Assembly (NCBI GenBank): GCA_951406725.2 | Contig: OX597825.1 | Coordinates: 83,948,001-84,012,000 of the forward strand | Direction of reading: 5' to 3' | Source: Octopus vulgaris | Lineage: Eukaryota | Length of the DNA: 64,000 nt | Shown here: one piece after another, positions 30,143-44,879 of the stretch | Layout: each line of letters opens with the position of its first letter | Position numbering within the stretch: position 1 is the stretch's first letter | Notes under the pieces: model-generated | Told to the model about the DNA's origin: nothing | Seen by the model: only the letters and a program-made list of their open reading frames with translations | The model's database searches: none | Made by a program: the position numbers and the translations under genes

Positions 30143-30374
30143 TGTATGTATGTATGTATGTATATATGTATGCATGTATGTATGCATGTATATATATGTA
30201 TGTTTGTTTGTATGTATAAATGTAAGTATGTATATTTTATTTATATTATATATATCTGTATATATATATATGCATATACATCTATGTATGCATAATATAT
30301 ATAGGCTACCAAAAGAATTGATATATCCACCAACGTGCTGCTGAGCACACATTCCATCGTTCGACATTTACGTA

Positions 30375-30504
<130 letters not shown>

Positions 30505-30543
30505 TACACACACATATGCAGAAATATCTATGTATGCATTTTC

Positions 30544-30588
<45 letters not shown>

Positions 30589-30609
30589 ATGCATGTATGC
30601 ATATATGAA

Positions 30610-30708
<99 letters not shown>

Positions 30709-31254
30709 GTGTGAATGAGTGTGTGTGTCTGTAAACACGCACGCACAAATATATGGTTTTTTAGTATATATGTATATGTTGCATACATGCATACATTTAT
30801 GTATATACAACTGTGTATAAATGCCTGTGTGTGTAGGGGAGGGGTGTTTTGAATAAACACAAACGTATAGACATACTGTTGAAACAAATTTTGAAGAAGA
30901 TTTCATTATTCCAACTCGATAAAAAACTTGTCCGTCTTGTTCTTGTACTAAAACAAAAAAAAACAAAAAAATAAGCAATTTTTGTTGCTAATTATAAACT
31001 AGCCAAAAACTTTCGGAATGTATTACCATATTTTAAGAGCAGAAAATATCGAAAATGTAACAAAATCTGAAAATATTGGCGAAAATTTCGAAATATGATC
31101 ATGAAAAGAAAAAGATTTCCAAATTGCATGACACGAAATATCCCTTGTAAGAAAGTCTTCCAATATTTTTTTTTTTTTTTTTTTTTTTTGTTTTTGTTTT
31201 TTTGTATCTTTGAGGATTTTCAAGGAGGTTTATTAATGCTTCTGATATTCCTCT

Positions 31255-31900
31255 TGGTGGTAGTGGCGGTGGTGGCGGTGGCGATGATGAGGGTGTTGGA
31301 GGTAGTGGCGGCGGCGGTGCTGGTACTGGTTGTGGTGGTGGTGGTGGTGATGGTGATGGTAGTGGTGGTAGTGGTGGTGGTGGTGGTAGTGGCGGTAGTG
31401 GTGGTAGTGGTGGTGGTGGTGATGTTGATGATGAGGAGGATGATGATGGTGATGGAGAGAGTGACAGCGGCGGTGGTGGTGGTGGTGGTGGTGGTGGTAG
31501 TGGTGATGATGATGGTGATGCAGGTAGTGGCGGCGGTGGTGCTGGTGCTGGTACTGGTTGGGGTGGTGGTGGTGGTATTGGTGGCGGTGCTGGTGCTGGT
31601 ACTGGTTGGGGTGGTGGTGGTGGTATTGGTGGCGGTGCTGGTGCTGGTACTGGTTGGGGTGGTGGTGGTGATAATGATGATGATGATGGTGATGGAGGTA
31701 GTGACAGCGTTTTGCTGGTGGTGGTGATAGTGGTGATGATGATGATGGAGTCAGTGGTGGTGCTGGTGCTGGTTGAGATGATGGTGGTAGTGATGGTGAT
31801 GATAGCGATGATGGTGATGATAGCGATGATGGCTATGATGGTGATGGAGTAGTGGCGGCGGCAGAGTTGGTGGTGGTAGTGGCGGTGATGATGATGCTGA
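31255..31900. repeat. (GGT/GAT)n compound microsatellite
   Basis: Read directly from sequence. Confidence 0.9.
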
Positions 31901-32564
31901 TGCTGGGGGAGTGTTGCTGCTACTACTACTACTACTACTGTTACATTTAATTCAGATGTTGATGCCGATCTTGTTTTATAATTGTTGTTGTAGTTGTTGT
32001 TATTGCTGTTGTTGTTGTAGATGTTGAGCGTTTTTTTTTTTCCTATAGATTTCTTTTTTTTTTATATACATATATTTCGTTTCTATAATTTTTATAATTT
32101 TATAATTTCATCAGAATATTTATGAATGACAGAAAAATATTTGAGTCTTGAAAAGAAGGGGGAAAAAAAACATTGTTTCGATTCCAACCAAACAGAATTT
32201 CTTTAGCTTGCACCTTTTGACCTTCAACAATAGTTTGTTTGCGATGTTCTGCTTTTGCTTTCCCGGATTTTCATTTGCTCGTACTTTTTATTCTTATATT
32301 TATTTTTAAAATTATTTTGGTCTTTAATTTTAGTTTTAATCACATTGAGGAGCAATGGGATATACAGATGTTTATCGAATGGGATTGAAGACCATTTTCG
32401 AGGTGTCTTGATTTCATTTCCCACCCGGAGAACTTGAACCTTAGTCATTCAGATTTCCTCGGTGGAAATAACAGCCAAATCTCCTTTGAATTACACCTAA
32501 CGTAGTTCTCTTCCATGCTAAACTCCCTATCGATTGCTATACATATGCATGTGTGCATATGTGT

Positions 32565-33126
<562 letters not shown>

Positions 33127-33315
33127 TGGTATAATTTACGTCGGTGGCGTTTTTCTTTCGTATTATTATCAGCTTCCATACACATTCAAACTTCATTTAT
33201 TTTTTTAACGTACCTAGGTTTGTGAGTTCGATTACAGTCATGGCACAGACTCTTAAACAAGAGATTTTTATATTAAGACATAGAATCATAGTATATGCGA
33301 AATTTGGAAGACAAA

Positions 33316-33361
<46 letters not shown>

Positions 33362-33391
33362 CTTCATAAGTCTGTCTTTTTTTTTTTTTTC

Positions 33392-33722
33392 AGTGACACT
33401 GGGGTAAAATATATGAAGCCCTGTATACCCATCATGACTTCCCGTCTGATAAGGGTACACTAGGCACATGCATCACAACCATATGTGCGCGACATGGTGA
33501 TCTCATATCAAGATAAACAGCACATGACCTTGCAGGTGAGGCCCAGTTAGAATTTTCTTCTGGTCGAGTAGCCCATCCCGCTCAAAAGGTCCCTGAACAA
33601 GGGTTGTTTAAGGATGTTGAACGAAACACCCATGTTTCCAGAGGTGAATTATTCAAACCCCAAAGAATCCCTCTCAACACATGGCTGTGATGCTCCCCCA
33701 CCATGGCTGTGATGCTACCCCC
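33392..33722 (-). mobile_element. family C retroposon, truncated
   Basis: Similar to the 19045 and 38106 copies; short tandem duplication catggctgtgatgct at the truncation point. Confidence 0.85.
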
Positions 33723-36700
33723 CTACATGGCCTTGCTATTTGCTTTTGCGCCAAATTAACTAACTAACTAACTAATTTATCTCGAGCATCAAATCGTAAA
33801 CGACGTCAAATGTCGAGTTAAGGAAATTAACCGAAGAGCCTGAACTAATGACGAGAGCCATGGTCAGAGAAATGGAGATACTCCCCCTCTTGTCGGTGTT
33901 TTAATCATTCGCAAAGCATTAAATAGGGGCGAAAACTTTCGAAGGGAGCTGTCGAGTTTCCCAGACCGAAGTCTGAGAAAAAAAAATTGTGGTTTTGAAG
34001 CAGAAAGTAAATTCTAAATGATAGATTAATCAATGGATGCTGTAGAAGCATTCTAGAAAATAGCATGTTCTGTGGTGCGTATTCTTTGTTAGTTGGGTGT
34101 ATGTAGGAGGGAAGCTCGAAGCAATATAATAAATGCTGATAGGAAACTAAACGAAAACAAAATCAAGAAGTGTTCTTCATACTTGAAACATTCCCTTAAA
34201 AAATTCCACTCAAAGATAATGCTTTTAGTTCTGGTTCCAGTTGCAGAATCATTAGAACCAAAAAATAATGGAAAAGATCTGAGAGATGAATTTCTAATTG
34301 GAAGAGATATCGAGGCATCGAGTATAAAAATATGTTCAAGTATTTGAAATTTCGGAGATTGATAAAAATCCATTGAACGGAGGAATTGTGCTCCATATGA
34401 TACAATCAAAATAAATGTTTCGATTTTAGACACGATTAAAAAAAAACAACAATCTTGTAAGTGGCTGAGTAGACCGAGTCAAATCGTTTATAAAATCAGG
34501 AATTAAGATTTCTCAAACAAGTTTGTGTGCGTGCGTGCCGTGTGTGCAATGAGTGTGTGTGTGTGTGTTTCAATCAAAGAGTACATCGTTTCTAGTTTGG
34601 TGAAGTCTTAAAAGATCTCCATTTTTCGATTTTTTTCTTTTTAATGCTTGTTACACACTTGAAGAGATATCATGCTGGGCTTCCGTTTACATTCACACAG
34701 ATACACACGTACATGTATGTATGTGTGTATGTAGATATATACATACAGACAAACAGACAGACATAAAATACGAGTGAAGAAACGAAAGAAAGTAGCATTC
34801 AAAACATTTTGTAGGAATTACAAATAGTTTTCAGAATAGTTTGACCCTCCACCAGTTCCACATGACTTAAAGTTTCATGGGGGCGTAAGAGACGTCCATC
34901 TCACCAAATGCTAGGAGCAGAGTGGAGGTTTTCAGGAAAATTCAAGGTGGCTTCTACGTGTTTAAGCTTCAATTGGTTGGCTTTGCTGAATATACTTTGC
35001 CGCAAACTGTCACCAAAGTAACGCCACCATTCTACCAATATTCATCTGATAGTATTACTACCACGTGATCTAGCCGATTAAGGAAGGCCTAAACACCTAG
35101 ATGAGTGTAGGCCCTATAATTTTATTGTTTGATATCTTACGTACTTTTGGAGGGCCATGCAGTTCCCCACAGATCTTCTTATAAGCAAGATGGTGACGGT
35201 ACAGCATACAATGAACACTACGTATATCGAAGGCCTTTCCTTAAGTATGAAAATCTTCTGTGGTGGCTACCATTACAAGGGTACCATCAGCATGCACAGC
35301 TGTAATATTATTTGAAGTGTGTAGACATTCCTTCAGATAATCCATCAACCATTGAAAAACTGTCGCATCATCTTTAAGATGTGACATTAAGACTTGGTCT
35401 ACAATATCTCACGTGGGCCTAACGATTATTTGAACCACTGAAAGTTGATTCATCAAGTTAGATGGTAATTTGCAGTGTTGAAGTTTTGACACCAAAATTT
35501 TCCCTCTACGCCATCGAGAATACCATTAATACATCTTTGCATTGTATTTGCACTCAGTGGCATGCATTCAGAAAAAATATTTTTTCACTTGCTCCTGTGC
35601 ATTAGTAGTCAGGTAAAGAGGCACTATTCTTTGCGATGTGTCTGTATCAAGTTGGGTTTTTTCTGTGCGAAAATATTCATTAAAAAATGGGATTTTTTTT
35701 CTTTTTTGCTTACGACACCAGCGAAGCTGGCATTTTACATGCAAATTATCAAAAGAAAATGTTCATTTAGAAAAAGACTGGATACAATTGTCGTTGTTGT
35801 TGATGTTACTATTGTTATTGTTGTTGCTGTTGATTTTGTTGTTGTTGTTCCTAACATCATCGCACGAAGTATTTAAACAGGTGTTTCGCAGCTGTTAACA
35901 AATGACTTTTCACGCTTAAAGTTTTGCTATACAATTAAATTGCTATTCTCATTTTTTTCTTCTGCTTGTGAACTACGTTTAGTTAATTGTAGGTTTTCTT
36001 AAGGGGTGGGATGTAACTGTGATAAGACATGAAAATAAAACTGCTATGTAGCAACAGACCCGACCTTGAGTTTATCTCGATATTAGGTAAACTCGGCGAA
36101 TTCGAAAGAATATTCTAGTCGTAGATAATTCGTAGAAGAATATTTTTTTTTATTTTGGCTGACAAAAATATCTCCATGCAATCGAAGCGAGCGGAGACAC
36201 GTCTACACACTTCACCATACAATGATAATAACAACAACAGCAATAATTTAGAATGAATAAATATTTCTTTTGCAGAGTTCCTCTTGAATTTGATATTTTT
36301 CTTTCTAAAGTGTTATTCCTAGCTGTAGTATTGGAGAAATTCTTTCGGAAAACTTTTGTTTTTAAAATTAAAGTGACGACAAGAAAGAAAATGAAACCGA
36401 GAGAATAAAATATATACAAATACATACATACATTCAAACATATAAATACATACACACACATGCATACACGTAAAAGAGAGAAATAATACTTAAAATGTTC
36501 CATTGTTCGTTGTTGTTGTTGTTGTTGGGGAGATGGAGAGAGTTGAATCAAATGCAAACATGTGTCGTCACTGAAGTGTCAAAGAAATGAGATGAGATGT
36601 AATTAAGAACTTAGAAAAACGTCAGCTGAATCGTGCAAAGTGCCATTAACTTACCAATATTGTATTGCAAGGTATTGTTGTTATTGTTGTTGGATATAAT

Positions 36701-36810
36701 GGTGGTGGTGGTGGTGGTGGTGGACTGGTTTTTGTTGTTTTTCTTGTTACTGAGGTTGACAGTGGTGCCGTTCTTGTGCTTTGTGGTTGGTACTGATGGT
36801 TATTTTCTCC

Positions 36811-37102
36811 GTTTCAAATTCCGCCGAGGTCGACTTTGCATTTCATCCTTTCGGGGTCGATAAATTAAGTACCAGTTACGCACTGGGGTCGATATAATCG
36901 ACTTAATCCCTTTGTCTGTCCTTGTTTGTCCCCTCTATGTTTAGCCCCTTGTGTTCTGAGTTCAAATTCCGCCGAGTTCGACTTTGCCTTTCATCATTTC
37001 AAGGTCGATAAATTAAGTACCAGTTACGCACTGGGGTCGATATAATCGACTTAATCCGTTTGCCCACTCTGTGTTTAGCCCCTTGTGGGTAGTAAAGAAA
37101 TA
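36811..37102 (+). mobile_element. SINE family A, 5'-truncated dimer
   Basis: Two tandem cores. Confidence 0.85.
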
Positions 37103-38105
37103 TATTATTTTCTCTGTTTTTAGGAGTATAGCCTGTAGGATGTGAAGGATCGTAACCCAGTGCTAAGGGTATTGGAGTTGCGATCATAAGGCCGTGAGTT
37201 CGATTCTTTGACCGTGTGAAACGTTGTATTTTTGAGCATGCCACATCCTTTCACACTGCTCCAGTCTGCTCGGCTGCAAATGAATACCAGCTGAGTGCTG
37301 CTGGTGCAGCTATTTCTTCCTCCAGGGGCCACATCTTGAATGTCCCAATGAGTCAAGGAGGGCAGGGCCGAGAAGTGCTTCTGTTTGCTCGCGACTACAT
37401 AGGCACCTAGAGAAATTAGCGAAAGCATAGTACATGTTATTAAATCATACTATCTCGTGACTGACGGCTATAATTGGTTTGTCAGTGGAGACGCTGTCGC
37501 ACCCGTTATCCCTAAAACGGCTCCTGGAAACAATAAAACAACAATCCCTCCAAACAGGTGAGAAGAGGAGAGAAAGGCATCCTCAAACCGAAGTTCTCAT
37601 CCTAATTCTTTCGACAGAGTCAACTCTACTAAAAACACTCGTTGATCAGGTGATGAGAAGATCAAACTGAGTGACAAGGGCACTCAGAGATCATGGGAAA
37701 GGAGGAAGGTAAACTCAGCGACAAAAGCACTCAGAAACCGAGTGATGGGGAATTCATTCATGATATAAAGATGTTCAGGTGATGGGGGATTAAACCAAGT
37801 GATAAAGGCACTCGGGGGACCAGATGAAAGGGGATTAAACCAACTATCAAAAGCACTACTCAGGAGCTACGTGACGGGGAGTTAAACCAATCAATAGTTT
37901 CAATCCACTACTGAAAAGCAAAATTTACGTCTTTGACGAGCTACCCCACAGTTTCCACTCACAAGGAGTCTGTCGAACTATGACTACGATGGAAAACAGA
38001 TACCCAGTGTGCCGCTCAGTGGTATGGAACGCAAAAAGTAGTGTCAAAACGAACTTCTTAAGCACATATCTATGCCTACGCCTGTTCTTATTTTATTATT
38101 ATTAT

Positions 38106-38651
38106 TGAGTGAGTGCGAGAGCAGTGCATGGCATCAAAGTGACACTGGGGTAAAATATACGCAGCCCAGTATACCCATCATGACTACCCGTCTGATAAGG
38201 ACACACTAGGCATATGCATAACAACCATGTGGGCACGACGTGGTGATTATCATGATAAACAGCACATGACCTTGCAGATGGGGCCCAGTTAGAATTTTCT
38301 TCTGGTCGAGTAACCCATCCCGCTCAAAAGGTCCCTGAATAAGGTTTGTTTAAGGACGTTGAACGAAACCCCCATGTTTCCAAAGGTGAATTATTCAAAC
38401 CCCAAAGAATTCCTCTCAACACACGGCTATGATGCTCCCCCACTACTTCTGCTCGTGATCAGAGATGCGCATATCGTCAGCCACTAAGGGACAGGCTCAA
38501 CTGGTTAAGGTCAAACAACTGACAAGCAAATCTGTGGTATTGAGCAGAATATTTGCTGTAGCCCATCTTTTATACCAAGACAAAACAATGTACATGATAA
38601 CACATCCAATCAGTTAAGATCAGAAGCCACGAGAGCCACTGCATCAGGGCA
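38106..38651 (-). mobile_element. about 550-bp non-autonomous retroposon family C with (TAA)n tail
   Basis: Highly similar to 19045-19466 and 33392-33722; 5' end also at about 5920-5990; flanked by TTA repeats. Confidence 0.85.
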
Positions 38652-39081
38652 ATTATTATTATTGTCGTTAGAGCGGTGGATTGACGAAATCATTGGAACC
38701 TCGGATGAAATGTATCGTACTATTTGATCCGACACTGTACGTTCTATAGTCAAATCGATAAAATGATGTACCAGTCAAGTACTGGAATCAATGGTATCGA
38801 CTAGCGCCTGGCTTTATGCTTACATCGGAAACCATTATTAATTCCTCACAAAAATTAATGTGGTTTTCATAATTAGCATGTATATCTATATCTGTGAAAG
38901 AAATTTCACGAAAATTCGGTTCTCAGCCAAACGGAAAATATTCCTAGAAAACTATTTTTTTATTTACTCATATTTGTGTAACCAAATTATCATCGCTGTT
39001 GCTGCTGTATTTGTCGCTGATATGATGTTGTTGCTCTTATTGTCGTGACTGTCGCAGCTGCTGTTGTTGTTGTTGCTGCTG

Positions 39082-39440
39082 TTGAGCGAACGGTCTTCGT
39101 CCCAGAGCTCGCATGATGGGAGAAGTCCGAAACGTGGTCCTTTGCTATTCGTAAGACCCGCAGAAGAGAAAGCAGGTCAATCCCCGGCACCGAGAGCATC
39201 GACGGATGGATAAAATGCGCATCCAGGCTCTCAGCGGTTGCGTAGGAAGTCGGGGACAAGAAACAAGAAGAAAGAGTGAGAGAAAGTTGGGGCGAAAGAG
39301 TACAGCAGGGGTCGCCACCACCCCCTGCCGGAACTTCGTGGTGCTTTAGGTGTCTTCGCTCAATAAACACACACGACGCCCGGTCTGGGAATCGAAACCG
39401 CGAGTCCGCTGCCCTAACCACTGGGCCATTGCGCCTCCAC
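39082..39440 (-). mobile_element. tRNA-derived SINE family D with (CAA/CAG)n tail
   Basis: Head ggaggcgcaatggcccagtggttagggcagcggactc...ggtttcgattccc; related heads at 22822-22910, 54568-54690 and 56098-56170. Confidence 0.8.
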
Positions 39441-39850
39441 TTGTTGCTGCTGCTGTTGTGGATGTTCATCATATCATTGATATTGCTGTTGTTGTCGTTG
39501 CTATTTGGATTGACGTTGTTTTTGTTGGTGGTGGTCATGGTGGTACCGCGGTTACGGTTCTCGTAGTAACTGACGATGTTGTTGTTGTTGCTGCTGCCGT
39601 TCTTCTTAGTGTTTCTCTTGTCTTTGTTGATGTAGATTTTAGAATTGGTGTTGCTACTGTGCTTGTTGTTCGTACTGATGTTGTGGTTGTTGTTGTAACG
39701 ATGTTATTTGGAATGAAAGAGATCTGTTGTGTTTTTATGTATTTCTATACAGAACCAGGAGAGGAAATGGTTCGTGGGAGGAGAACAGAGGGATGGAGAC
39801 AGCGGGAACAATATATACAAACTATATATGTCTGTGTACCATATATACAT

Positions 39851-39881
<31 letters not shown>

Positions 39882-40029
39882 CATACACACACACATATAT
39901 ATATATGTGTGACATATATATATATATATATATATATACATACACACACATACATGTGTATATGTATATAAATGTGTGTATTGTGTGTATACACACACAC
40001 ATATACACGCATACATACGTGTATATATG

Positions 40030-40060
<31 letters not shown>

Positions 40061-40599
40061 AGTGTGTAGGTTGACCGGATATTGCTATTTCATTAGTGAC
40101 ACCAGTGTTAGGTGGACATTGTGTAAAATGTTACTCGGATAATTTAGAATGTGTGGGAGGGAGAAAGAGAGAGAGAGAGATGGAAGGAGAGAGAGAGGGA
40201 GAAATAAACAGGTAAGAAAGCGTGTGGGGGGGCGGGGGAGGCGAATGAATGAGAAGAACAAAGAAACAAAGAGTTGAAAGCTAAAATAAAGGAAAAATAA
40301 TGAAATGGGGGAAAATGTAAAAAAAAAGACAATGATAATAAAATGGAAGGAAGAGGGATAGAGAAAAGATAAAGTGGGAGAAAGAAAGAAAGGAAGGAAG
40401 GAAAGAAGGAAGGAAGGTAGAAAGAAAGGAAGGAAGGAAAGGTGTAAAGGAAAGAGAAAATAGAAAGTAGCAAATAGAGAGAAGGAAGGATAGAAAGCCC
40501 TTAAACTGGCCAGATCCGGCTCAAATATTCGACTTGTTTTATATTCAAATAGACCAGATCTGTCTTCTCATACCTATCCTGCAATGTCATTCTAAAACT

Positions 40600-41400
40600 A
40601 AATGGTGTTGGTGTGAAACTGCCTCAACAAATCAGCATAGTGCTCCCCTTTGATGGTGTGTCCCATTTCAAGATAGTCAATAAACACAATGCCTTTTGCA
40701 TCCCATAAAACCGAGGCCATCACCATCCCTGCGAATGAAACTACCTTGGCCTTCTTTGGTGTTGGTGAGGAGGAGTGTTTCCACTGCGTGGATTATCTCT
40801 TTGTCTCTGGCTCAAAGTGATGAAGCCAACAGTGATCTTGGCTTAAGAAAATGTTCGAGGAAATCAGCTGAATCTGCCTCAGTGTCAGATTTTCCCGTGA
40901 TGTGATCTGCTATCAGAAGACGTGACACCAGCGAGCAGAAACCTTCTTCATGCCAAGTCCATTGGGTAGAATATTCTCAAATCTCTCACAGGATATGCTA
41001 ATAGCAGTGGCGATTTTCATTTATAGTCATTCGCCTGCCAAACTTCACTTTGTGGCAAACACGGCCAATGTCCTAAATTCAACTGCCCACTTTTGCAATG
41101 CTGATAAAGCTGGAGTATCAGCCCCTAATGTGGCAACCATGTCAGTATGAATGTCCTTGGGGGGCTACCCTTTATCTACAATTACTTCATAACAGCGCGA
41201 TGCCAGATTTTGGCCATTTTCAAGAGAAGTCGCCAGTAGTTGTTTTTGAAGTCCTCTTTGAACAGTCAGGTGTCAGTTTACCTGGGAGGAAACAATGACG
41301 TTATTAATAAAAAGTGTTGAAATTAACACATGGAGGATCTTACAGCTCTGACATCATTCCTTCATAGTCAATCTATTGACTTTTCAGCCCCACTTTGTGC
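40600..41400 (-). mobile_element. 5' part of decayed mariner (Himar1/irritans-like)
   Basis: Relics MAKIWHRAVMK...DIHTDMVATLG...QKWAVEF, LGMKKVSARW and VMASVLWDAKGIVFIDYLEMGHTIKGEHY. Confidence 0.82.
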
Positions 41401-41447
41401 ATATATATATATATATATATATAAATATATATATACATGTATGTATA

Positions 41448-41740
41448 CTGGATCTCCCATAAATAAAGTGCTTTTTTTTTTCAATTGCATGAGGGGGACA
41501 GGATAAAATTACCTGTATCAATTCACTATAAAAGCAGGTAGTAATGTTACCTTGTACTCATTCTTAGTGCAAGTTTTGAAGAGTGTAGTTGGATTTTAAC
41601 AGTTATTTTGCTATTTTTTCAAAGCTATAATGGAAATGACAAAGGAGCATATTCGGCATATTTTGCTTTATGAGTTCAATTAATGCAACAACGCAACAGA
41701 AAGTGCGAGGAATATTAATGCAGTATATGGGGATCGGACA
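41448..41740 (+). mobile_element. 5' fragment of the same mariner family as 1868-3146
   Basis: Near-identical leader and atggaaatgacaaa(a/g)gagcatattcggcatattttgctttatgagttcaat. Confidence 0.9.
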
Positions 41741-41817
41741 CACACATATATATATATACACTCATTATACATACATACATGTACACACAAATGAACAAAT
41801 ATGTATAGATACATGAA

Positions 41818-41860
<43 letters not shown>

Positions 41861-42365
41861 ATATATATATATATCATACTTAAACAAGTATTGAGGGTCA
41901 AAGGTCAAGACTTGTAGGTGGGAGCCCAGCATGGCCACAGCCCATTTATTTGATGAAAGGAACCTAGTTAACCCTTTAGCATTCAACCTGCCAGACCTGG
42001 CCTCTCACGCCTACACTACAATGTGATTCTAAATATAAACATTGAAATCTTGAAGCTACAAGATAATGCATGATTAATTCAAAACGATGATGATGATGAT
42101 GACTGTGAACAATGCTTATGACCATATCACATTGAAAGCACTGGTTCTTGTCCAAACACCAAAGTTAACTCTTTTATTACCATATTCCAGTCAACATGCA
42201 CCAACTTTGTTTCAATTAAGTTTGAAAATGTTTGGATTGTAAATGAAGATGAAATTTTAATGGAAACTTTTAATTTAATTAAAACAAAATTTCTAACATC
42301 CAAACAAGGGCAGTTTAAGGTGGATTGCTTTCAAAAGTGTTAAACAATATTGAGCTTAGTTAGAA

Positions 42366-42764
42366 CTAGCAGTATCGCCCAGCGCTGCTCAGGCTTGTTT
42401 TCTTTTTGACCTTTTAGAATTGGAATTTTTGAAAAGTAAAAATGTTGCATTATGTAGCTTGTTATTCTCTTTAAGTGAACATTTTTCTGGTTGAAATACA
42501 CCGAAAAATGGCAACACAGCAGTCAAAAAATCGTAAAAGATTAGGGATTTTCATAGAAAAAAAGCACCTTTTTGATGTAAATAATTTTTGGTGTTAACAT
42601 GGTCCGATTTGAATTTTTTCTTCTACGGAATGTAGAGCAAGCCTTCTTCTATCATACTCTCAATTTTGGTCAACTTGCACTGCAGGGTCTCAGAGGAGAT
42701 AGTGGTAGTTGAAGGCTACCAAACCTGCCATACACAGACAACTTCAGCTTTATTTATATAGAGA
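42366..42764 (-). mobile_element. non-autonomous Helitron
   Basis: On the minus strand: A|TC start, subterminal GC-rich hairpin (CCTGAGCAGCGCTGGG), CTAG|T end, no TSD. Confidence 0.75.
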
Positions 42765-43065
42765 TTTAGATGGGTGACTGTTTGGAAAACCTAAGTACTG
42801 TAAATATCTCACTTTTTATAGGCAGAATGTGTAATACAAAAGGTGGCAACCAAACTGCGTAGTCTTGGATTTGGTCCTGAAGTGCAGCTCCTTGAACAAG
42901 TGTCTCCTACTATAGTTCTGGGATGACCAAGGCCTTGTGAGTGGATTTTGTAGATGGAAACTGGAAAAAGCCCAGCGCATCATTATCATCATCATTTAAT
43001 GTCCAAGCAGGGCAAGCAGGCAGTAGCACACAGATACACGTATACATATATATATATATATATAT

Positions 43066-43200
43066 ATCGGGTTGTCCGGAAAGTTCGTGCCGATTTGTAG
43101 TAGCTTACATTTCAACTTATTTTAGAACATGGCTGAGTCCATAAAATAGGATTTGACTACACTTCCATTTAGAGCACAGTTTAAGCTATCTTTTCGTGGA
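43066..43200. mobile_element. mariner-like terminal fragment
   Basis: TA|TCGGGTTGTCCGGAAAGTTCGTGCCGATTT resembles a mariner TIR. Confidence 0.5.
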
Positions 43201-43814
43201 AACTGGAAAAAGCCCAGCACATCATTATCATCATCGTTTAATGTCCATCTTCCATGTGGGCATGGGTAGGATGGTTGACAGGAGCCAGCCAGGCAGAAGA
43301 CTATCTATCCCAGGCTACTGTATCTGTTTTGGAAGGGATCTTATGGTTGGAAACCTTTCCTAACACCAAACCACTCCACAGAGTGGTCGCAGTGCTTTTT
43401 ATGTGGCACCAGCACAGGCAAGATTAGTTTTGGCAGGGGTTTTACAGCTGGATGTCCTTTCAAAGCCAACCACTTCAGTGTGTGGACTGGAAGCTTTTTT
43501 AACTGTGTGTGTGTGTATGTTTGCCACCGCCACTAGGCTTGACAACTGGTGTCAGTTTGTTTATGTTCCAGTGACTTAGAGGCTCAGCAAAAGGAGGCTA
43601 GAATACCAAGCTTTAAAGAAGCACACATTGGGGACTGGTTTTTTCTGCTAAAAAAAAAAATTTTTTTAAGACGGTGCTCCAGTCTGGCCGCAGTCCAAAG
43701 ACTGAAACAAGTAAAAAAAAAAAGAAAAGACAAACAAGCATTACATTTGAAAGACTAATTTCAATGGTTAAAGGTTAAAGAAATAAACAACAACAACAAC
43801 AACAACAACAGCAT

Positions 43815-44164
43815 TGTGCAAAAGAAGTCAGATTTATTTTTCATATTTTTTGCTTGGCTTTTGTTTTTTTTACTTTGCAAATCTCATTATAAATGTTCTT
43901 CCTTTGAGAAACCAAAAATAAAGAAAAAAAAAAGATTTTTTAATAATTTTTGTTATTTTTGTTTAAAATTCATTTGTGCCATAATAAAAGAGAAATAATT
44001 CATACGGATGCCCTCCCCCGTCTTCCACTTATGTGCCTGTGGTGCTTCTCATGGGTGGGGCTGCAATGTAGGAACACCAACAGAAAAGTCTTGGTTTATT
44101 CTCAAAGGTTTTTTTGTTTTTCTTTTTGTTAGTTTTTTTTTTCTTTTGTCTTTTGTAACAATTC
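43815..44164 (-). other. candidate spliced 3'-UTR / terminal exon of LIG3 with poly(A) signal
   Basis: Strong acceptor ttttttctcctcttgttttgcag at 44165; AATAAA at 43838-43833 followed by a (GTT)n tract; candidate donor GAG|gtagac at 46916. Confidence 0.45.
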
Positions 44165-44879
44165 CTGCAAAACAAGAGGAGAAAAAAATTCAAAGAATAT
44201 AAGAAGATGTGTTAGAAAACATGTTAGTATGGAATTGGTTGTAAGGAAACCTGAGCAGATATTGGCATTTGGTAAGACAATTGACGCCTTTCACTTGTAT
44301 TCTCAAATTCTAGGAGGCAAACGATTAAATCTTTTGTTGTCGTGGCTTGACCAAAAACTAGTTCAGACAAAGAACTGAGACAAGAGAAATACTTTATTGA
44401 AAGACTCATCCGATTCATTACTGAATGGAGAACTGGATGCAAAAATAATAATAAGAGAGCCAAGTATATTAGAGAGCGTCTGTGCATTCAGTGAACCCAC
44501 TAGAAATAGCAGCTAAATCATCTCTCTGAAAGTGAAGGACACATTTGATGATGTCTTGGCAAATGTAATGCTTGTTTATTTATTTACATTGTTTTGATTA
44601 AAAATGCATTATTTTGAAGCTTTCAGATTTTGTTAATGAAATTGTTTGTTTCTAAACTGACATTGTAGCTTAGGTGTGAGAGGCCTGATCTGACCAGCTT
44701 AAGGATAAAACAGAATATTTTGATCAGATACGGCCATTTTAGATACTAAAGGGTTAACCTACCTAAATCTATTGTTCTTTTCTACTCTAGGCACAAGACC
44801 CGAAATTTTGGGGGAGGTGGCCAGTTGATTAGATCAACCTCAGTATGCAACTGGTACTTAAATTTATCTAACTTTGTGG

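Noticed and set aside
34800-35560. Possible LINE/Penelope coding relic (also 8815-9240)
   Set aside because: No diagnostic motif could be read in any frame
39105-39145. Hammerhead-like gcatgatgggagaagtccgaaacgtggtc
   Set aside because: Two core mismatches and no convincing stem I
39365-39440. tRNA gene (also 54568-54640 and other SINE heads)
   Set aside because: tRNA-like head continues into a SINE body and tail, with no complete cloverleaf
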